A DNA stretch of 64,000 nt from the NCBI GenBank assembly GCA_016182045.1, contig JACOYE010000008.1:64502-128501 (forward strand). Reading direction: 5' to 3'. Positions 58,582 through 64,000 of the stretch are shown here, in pieces. A program made the translations under genes and the position numbers. The stretch comes from Candidatus Microgenomates bacterium. Lineage in GTDB: Bacteria > Patescibacteriota > Microgenomatia > Daviesbacterales > UBA10151. Every line of letters begins with the position of its first letter. Position 1 is the stretch's first letter. The notes beneath the pieces were generated by a model. That model saw only the letters and a program-made list of their open reading frames with translations, was not told where the DNA came from and made no database searches.

Positions 58582-59275
58582 GAATCAGAACAACTCAGAA
58601 AACTCAGATAAATCAGAAGATCAGATTGTCACTGAGTCAGAAAGCCAGAACGAGCAAGTATCTGACACTCTGGTTTCCTCTGATACCTCTGATTCTTCTG
58701 GCACACCGAGTCCTTCTGAGTCTTCCGAAAAACCAACCAAACCTGACAATCCCAATGCCAAATGGTATGTAGTCCATACCTATTCCGGGCATGAAAATAA
58801 AGTGGCAGCCACCTTAAAGCAAAGAATTGAATCGGAACATTTGGAAAATAAAATTTTTGAAGTATTAGTACCCATGCAGGATAAAATTGAGATCAAATCC
58901 GGTAAAAAGATGACTGTCAAGGAAAAAATCTTTCCCGGTTATATTCTGGTAAAAATGCTCCTGGATGATCAATCCTGGCTGGCGGTCAGAACTACCCAGG
59001 GAGTGACTGCCTTTGTGGGCATGGGTAATAAACCCACTCCTATTTCCGATCAGGAAGTGCAAACCATAGTTAAGTTTACTCAAGAGGAAGCCCCAACTTT
59101 CAAACAAGTGTTTGCTACCGATGATACTGTTAAAATAATAGACGGTCCGTTTGCCGAGTTTATCGGAAAAGTGGATTCTGTAGATCAGGAAAAAGGAAAG
59201 GTCAGGGTTCTGGTCTCCATATTTGGTCGCGAGACACCAGTGGAATTAGATTTTTTGCAAGTGCAGAAAATATAA
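58571..59275 (+). CDS. nusG: transcription factor NusG with repeat-derived N-terminal extension
   Basis: WYVVHTYSGHE, FPGY, KOW, IFGRETPVEL. Confidence 0.96.
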   Translation: MDDKNQNNSENSDKSEDQIVTESESQNEQVSDTLVSSDTSDSSGTPSPSESSEKPTKPDNPNAKWYVVHTYSGHENKVAATLKQRIESEHLENKIFEVLVPMQDKIEIKSGKKMTVKEKIFPGYILVKMLLDDQSWLAVRTTQGVTAFVGMGNKPTPISDQEVQTIVKFTQEEAPTFKQVFATDDTVKIIDGPFAEFIGKVDSVDQEKGKVRVLVSIFGRETPVELDFLQVQKI

Positions 59276-59277
59276 CC

Positions 59278-59334
59278 GTTATAATCGCTCTGCGATTACA
59301 TCGCGACGCTTCTTGTAACGCGTTGCGTTATAAC
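59278..59334. repeat. structured repeat element, copy 2
   Basis: Homologous to 26258-26311. Confidence 0.8.
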
Positions 59335-59356
59335 AATTATAATAATTATACTAAAA

Positions 59357-59785
59357 ATGGCAGGAAAAAAAGTAAAAACTTACATTAAATTAAACATCCC
59401 GGCAGGCTCAGCTACTGCTGCTCCTCCTGTGGGACCTGCCCTGGGTCAGCATGGTTTACCTATCATGGAGTTTGTCAAGGCCTTTAATGAGAGAACAGCC
59501 GACAAACAGGGTAATATTTTGCCGGTGGTGATCACGGTTTATGAAGATAGGACCTTTTCATTTATCACCAAAGAACCACCTGTTGCGGAAATGGTTAAAA
59601 AAACTTTAGGATTGGAAAAAGGCTCAGGCAGGGCCCTAAAAGAACCTGTGGGTGAACTTACAAAAGAGCAGGTAAAAGCTATAGCTGAAGCTAAAATGCC
59701 GGATTTGAATACCAAAGATATTGAAGCTGCCACAAAAATTGTGGAAGGTACAGCCAAAAGTATGGGGGTAAAGGTGACTCCGTAG
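59357..59785 (+). CDS. rplK: 50S ribosomal protein L11
   Basis: [11 protein letters not shown]. Confidence 0.97.
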   Translation: MAGKKVKTYIKLNIPAGSATAAPPVGPALGQHGLPIMEFVKAFNERTADKQGNILPVVITVYEDRTFSFITKEPPVAEMVKKTLGLEKGSGRALKEPVGELTKEQVKAIAEAKMPDLNTKDIEAATKIVEGTAKSMGVKVTP

Positions 59786-59789
59786 GAGT

Positions 59790-59820
59790 CATCCTGAGCG
59801 ACCGAAGGGAGTCGAAGGAT
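59790..59820. repeat. CTGAG...GTCGAAG palindromic element between rplK and rplA
   Basis: ATCCT-GAGCGACCGAAGGGAGTCGA-AGGAT. Confidence 0.65.
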
Positions 59821-59822
59821 TT

Positions 59823-60692
59823 ATGGGTAAAACTAAAATTAAGGTTATTGATGCATCTCAGCCTGAGGTTGAGAAAAAGAAAGCCTCTAAAAAGGCAGAA
59901 AAACAGACGATAGAAGATAGAAAATCGAAGGTAGTGGTAGAAGATAGAGAATCGAAGATAGAAGAAAAAGAAAAAGTCCATCCTCAGCCTTCTACTATCA
60001 AAAAACCATCTTCTACCATCCATCATCCATCGTCAAAAAAAGTTAGATCCAAGAAATACCAGCAAGTTATAAAAGACCTGGACAGGACTAAATCCTATAC
60101 CCTCCCCGAGGCAGTTGACATGGTCAAAAAATTAAGCTACGCTAAATTTAATGCCACCTTAGAGGCTCATATAAACACCGCGCAAACGGGTCTACGTGGT
60201 CTGGTCTCCCTGCCCTATGCATCCGGGAAGAAATTACGCATCTTAGCCTTCGGTAAAGGCGCTGAACAATCGGGCGCAGATTTAGTTGGGACTGATGAGA
60301 TAATTGAAAGAATTAGTCAGGGAAAGGTGGATTTTGACTTAATTATAACCACTCCTGAGTGGATGCCCAAGTTGGCCAAAGTGGCCAAAATTTTAGGACC
60401 CAAGGGCTTGATGCCCAATCCCAAAAACGGCACTATCACTCCGCCAGCTGGCGGATCAGCTGACGGATTAAAGAAGGCAATTGAAGGATTTCAGGCCGGA
60501 AAAACCGAGTACAAAACCGAGTCTAAAGCTCCTGTTGTCCACCTTGCCCTGGGAAAATTAAGCCAGCCCACTGATGAACTTTCTCAAAATATCCAGACTC
60601 TTCTTCAAACTATTGGCAAAACCAGAATTAAAAAAGTCTCCCTTGCCCCCACCATGGGCCCATCTGTTAAGCTTGATCTTACAACCATCTAA
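59823..60692 (+). CDS. rplA: 50S ribosomal protein L1 with N-terminal extension
   Basis: ILGPKGLMPNPKNGT, PTMGPSVKLD. Confidence 0.96.
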   Translation: MGKTKIKVIDASQPEVEKKKASKKAEKQTIEDRKSKVVVEDRESKIEEKEKVHPQPSTIKKPSSTIHHPSSKKVRSKKYQQVIKDLDRTKSYTLPEAVDMVKKLSYAKFNATLEAHINTAQTGLRGLVSLPYASGKKLRILAFGKGAEQSGADLVGTDEIIERISQGKVDFDLIITTPEWMPKLAKVAKILGPKGLMPNPKNGTITPPAGGSADGLKKAIEGFQAGKTEYKTESKAPVVHLALGKLSQPTDELSQNIQTLLQTIGKTRIKKVSLAPTMGPSVKLDLTTI

Positions 60693-60756
60693 GATTTCCC
60701 TTCTCAATTTCGGGTCATTGACAAACTAGCTTATAATCTGATAGTCTTTCCGCAAC

Positions 60757-61206
60757 ATGCCATTTGTAGAATTAGCATTAGCCTTAGCACCAGAATATGG
60801 TGCTGCCTACATGAACGAAAGAAAGTCTTCAAGTGCTGAAACTGCCAAAAGCCATCATCGATTTGTAAGCAAAGTTAGAGAACATACGGGAGAGTTGCTT
60901 ATAGCAGCAGGCTTTGTAGCTGCTGCCGCTTTTGGCTTGGGTTCAATTAAAAATGCTGAAGCAGGGGGTAAAATTAACCCAAACGCTACTGAATACGATG
61001 AAACGTGTGCTGTATTTGAGCAAATATATCCTGGAAATGTTGTGGTAAATAATGGTGGTTTTTATGACCAATTATTCGTTTTCTACGAGGATGGTAAGAA
61101 TCAAGGTCGTCTTTGGGCATCTCCAGATTTTAACACAAGACGCTTTCAGAATTTAATAATTTTGCTGGGTGTTACTGAAGAAGATTGTGGTGGAGTTCAA
61201 CTGTAA
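60757..61206 (+). CDS. membrane-anchored hypothetical protein
   Basis: Central TM, own TTGACA promoter. Confidence 0.55.
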   Translation: MPFVELALALAPEYGAAYMNERKSSSAETAKSHHRFVSKVREHTGELLIAAGFVAAAAFGLGSIKNAEAGGKINPNATEYDETCAVFEQIYPGNVVVNNGGFYDQLFVFYEDGKNQGRLWASPDFNTRRFQNLIILLGVTEEDCGGVQL

Positions 61207-61338
61207 CGCGTATGATTTCCTAATTTGATGCAGCTTTCAGAACGCTTCTAAAAAGTACTCTCAATATCCATAAGCTTTTGGCCTCTACACATTTGACAAA
61301 TTCGGTCAGTATTATGAATAATGGATATAGGCATTTTT

Positions 61339-63225
61339 ATGAAATCGGGTTTTTCTTCAGTAATACTTATCTTTCTTTCATCCTTAGGGATTTTGGCCTA
61401 TATCCTACTTTCTTCTTCAGCCTCTTTTAAAGAGGAACTTTTTGGCACCCTTTATCCCAAGCCTTCCTCCAAAGCAATAGGAAAAGCCGAATCTGTTGCA
61501 GATGAGGTGATTGTCAAGTTTAAAGAAGGCACGGATGAGGGCAAAAAAGACAATATCAGAAGAAAACATAATCTTTCCAAAGTGGGAATCATCCCCAAAA
61601 TTGAGGTGGAAAGACTAAAAGTTGCCCCTCCGCTGAAAGAGGCCACAATTGAGCAGCTCAAAAATGATCCCAATGTTCTATTTGCTGAGCCAAATTATCT
61701 TGTTTATCCGGCAGTACTCAAAGGACCAGCCAAGATAGAACCTAATGATCCAAATCTGGCAACTCAGTGGGGAATGTTTAAAATCAGGGCAGCAGATACT
61801 GATACAGAAAATCCCGGCGCCTGGTCTGTGACTAAAGGAAGCAGATCAGTAAAAATTGCCATTTTGGATACAGGCATTGATGAGCGCCATGAGGATTTAA
61901 AAAGGCATGTTGTCTCAAGTGTCAATTTTGCAGATAGTCCCACCACAGATGATATCTGCGGTCACGGTACTGCTGTGGCCGGAGTGGCAGGGGCCTTAAC
62001 TGACAATAGAAGAGGTATCGCCTCTGTGGGATATGACACTTCTTTAATGAATGTGAAGGTACTGGGAGATGGTGATGGAGAAGGTCGCTGTTTGGCTGAC
62101 ACCGCCAGAGTTGCCAATGGTATTGTCTCAGCAGTTGATAATGGCGCCAAGGTGATTAATATGAGCTTGTCTCATCCAGTGGAATCTGCTCTTGAGGAAG
62201 TTGCCATTGATTATGCCTTCAGTCAGGGAGCTGTGTTGATTGCTGCGGCAGGAAATGAGAATACAAGCGATCCAACCTATCCTGCTTTCTACGATAATGT
62301 CATTTCTGTGGCTGCCACAGATTCAAATGACCAAAAAGCAGGATTCTCAAATTATGGCACATCGGTCGATGTGGCAGCCCCGGGCAGCAATATTTACTCA
62401 ACCAAAAAAGGTAACAGTTATGATTACTTCTCCGGCACATCAATTGCCGCACCTTCTGTTTCAGGACTGGCTGCCTTAATTTGGGCCAAGGGAGATTGTG
62501 TCACAAATACCTGTGTCATAAATCAAATTCAGTCAACCTCAGACCCAATAGCAGGCACAGGCAGTTTATGGGTTTGGGGTAGGGTTAACGCATATAGGGC
62601 TGTCACCCAAACCCCTCCTATTATCAAACCTTCCCCTCCACCAATTCAGCCAGCTGACACTGCTTCAGATACCTTTACCAGAGCCAATAATCCCGAATCT
62701 TTGGGTACTACCGAGGTTGGAGGAAAAACATGGACTACGCTTTCCGGCAGATGGGGTATTGATAACAATCAAGCCTACACCTCTGATTCCTGCCAAGACA
62801 TTATCCCCGGTTATTCTGTAGTGGACTGGGGTAAATCAGACGGGATTCTCCAGGTCAAATTGACCACTAACCCCCAAGGCACCAGAATTCCCTTTAGGCT
62901 TTCGGATACTGACAATTTGTATTATGTTTTAACAGAACCCAGATTCCCCGGTGATGTACCAGCTTACGGTCTTTGGAAAAAGGTTAAACCCCAAGGTCAA
63001 CCTTTTGCCCTGGAAACTTTTTTGACCAGATCATCGGGGATCACACCAGCTGATGGCGACATCATCAAATTACAACTTAACGGTTCAAGCATTAAGGTTT
63101 ATGCTAATGGCAATTTAATAATAGATGTTTCTGACAACGCTCTTTCCGGCACTAAATACGGTCTTGGTTACTTTGCCTGTGGCAGTCCGGTCTCTCATTT
63201 TGATGATTTCCTAATCACTCCATAA
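61339..63225 (+). CDS. S8 subtilisin-like serine protease with propeptide and C-terminal beta domain
   Basis: ILDTG, HGTAVAG, AAAGN, SGTSIAAP. Confidence 0.93.
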   Translation: MKSGFSSVILIFLSSLGILAYILLSSSASFKEELFGTLYPKPSSKAIGKAESVADEVIVKFKEGTDEGKKDNIRRKHNLSKVGIIPKIEVERLKVAPPLKEATIEQLKNDPNVLFAEPNYLVYPAVLKGPAKIEPNDPNLATQWGMFKIRAADTDTENPGAWSVTKGSRSVKIAILDTGIDERHEDLKRHVVSSVNFADSPTTDDICGHGTAVAGVAGALTDNRRGIASVGYDTSLMNVKVLGDGDGEGRCLADTARVANGIVSAVDNGAKVINMSLSHPVESALEEVAIDYAFSQGAVLIAAAGNENTSDPTYPAFYDNVISVAATDSNDQKAGFSNYGTSVDVAAPGSNIYSTKKGNSYDYFSGTSIAAPSVSGLAALIWAKGDCVTNTCVINQIQSTSDPIAGTGSLWVWGRVNAYRAVTQTPPIIKPSPPPIQPADTASDTFTRANNPESLGTTEVGGKTWTTLSGRWGIDNNQAYTSDSCQDIIPGYSVVDWGKSDGILQVKLTTNPQGTRIPFRLSDTDNLYYVLTEPRFPGDVPAYGLWKKVKPQGQPFALETFLTRSSGITPADGDIIKLQLNGSSIKVYANGNLIIDVSDNALSGTKYGLGYFACGSPVSHFDDFLITP

Positions 63226-63275
63226 TAAATAATCGGCCAGTTGACAAGGTTAAATATTTGTGTGAACAATAAATT

Positions 63276-63731
63276 ATGAGCAAAAAACAAGGGGGTTTTT
63301 CTACAATAGGTTGGATGCTTATTGCAATAGCTGGTCTTTTGGCCTTTGTTTTACTTTCCTCAACAGCTCCCCTCAACAACTTACTGTTTAGTAAACTTTA
63401 CCCTAAACCTGCCTCTGAGGCAGCTCCTCCACAAAAAAGTTTTTCTGCCACTCTTACTTTAGATCCCAATCCTGCGGAATGTTGTGGTACCTTTGTTTCT
63501 TCAACTGGTTCTGGATATTACCCCTCAGCTGATGCCTACATAAATATCCTCACTCCTAAATCAACCTATGTTTATACCAGATTTACCAGTTCTTCTGGCA
63601 CCCTTTCTTTTACATTTAATACTGCAGAGCCTGGTACCTACTCTGTTAAGGTTTATCAGAAAAAACCAAAAGGCGGTAAGCTTGTCCAGATGTCTGAAAC
63701 TCCTTTGGATGTAGTTCAGCTATCACCATAA
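63276..63731 (+). CDS. exported protein with pilin-like leader
   Basis: KQGG|F leader, TM, LYPKP motif, Ig-like beta region. Confidence 0.65.
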   Translation: MSKKQGGFSTIGWMLIAIAGLLAFVLLSSTAPLNNLLFSKLYPKPASEAAPPQKSFSATLTLDPNPAECCGTFVSSTGSGYYPSADAYINILTPKSTYVYTRFTSSSGTLSFTFNTAEPGTYSVKVYQKKPKGGKLVQMSETPLDVVQLSP

Positions 63732-63735
63732 TAAT

Positions 63736-63876
63736 ATGCCAAAGGTTTTTGATAACCAAACGAGACTTGGTGATGATTCTACAGTACTTGCCACTTTAGG
63801 CAAAACCAGAATCAAGAAGATCAGACTTACCCCTACCATAGGCCCCTCAGTTAAGGTGGATCTGGGAAGTATTTGA
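63736..63876 (+). pseudogene. chimeric ORF ending in a second rplA C-terminus
   Basis: ...TLGKTRIKKIRLTPTIGPSVKVDLGSI* versus rplA TIGKTRIKKVSLAPTMGPSVKLDLTTI*. Confidence 0.85.
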
Positions 63877-64000
63877 ATTTCGTAAAACAATGAGTAGTTT
63901 TTTAGAAAAATGGATATTGGGTAGAAACATAAGTTGGGCTCTTGACAGAATATCTTATAAAATGTTACAAGAAGATCATGTCCGTAATAGAAATTGATTT

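Noticed and set aside
59278-59334. L1 autoregulatory leader of rplK
   Set aside because: A homologous copy lies beside a TA relic, which argues against an rplK-specific role.
63964-63974. GTTACAAGAAG matching the loop of the structured repeat
   Set aside because: Flanking stems and GTTATAA ends are absent; likely chance.

Overview
AT-rich, gene-dense bacterial chromosome segment. The gene style suggests Patescibacteria/CPR, Microgenomates-like (leaderless-looking starts, PaaX-like regulators, many TA pairs, short palindromic in-frame inserts); this is inference, not a database result. Core content: thyA (partial), two dcd/dUTPase-family genes, a DapL-type lysine/DAP operon (lysC-dapB-dapA-asd-dapL-lysA, no dapF), tmk, pyrG, topA, dprA, a Clp ATPase, mreBCD-mrdA, pyrF/pyrE/pyrD, def/fmt, rpmB, three tRNAs (Thr-TGT, Thr-GGT, Trp), rpmG and secE-nusG-rplK-rplA. 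Accessory genes include an AccD-AccA fusion, FabD, a sigma4/alphaCTD chimera, a large RelE-tailed protein, PIN TA pairs, a holin + M23 pair and subtilisin. The most unusual signals are non-coding: (1) two PaaX/Cas2-fold regulator genes, each bracketed by direct repeats with a palindromic core (one pair a perfect 30-mer), plus an orphan site; (2) a ~55-nt structured element present twice with compensatory stem changes; (3) GC-rich mini-palindromes and 7-9-mer tandem repeats inserted in frame in housekeeping genes; (4) a hairpin at the duplicated 5' end of tRNA-Thr; (5) a second, diverged rplA 3' end bounding a 3-kb island; (6) two larger candidate structured RNAs.
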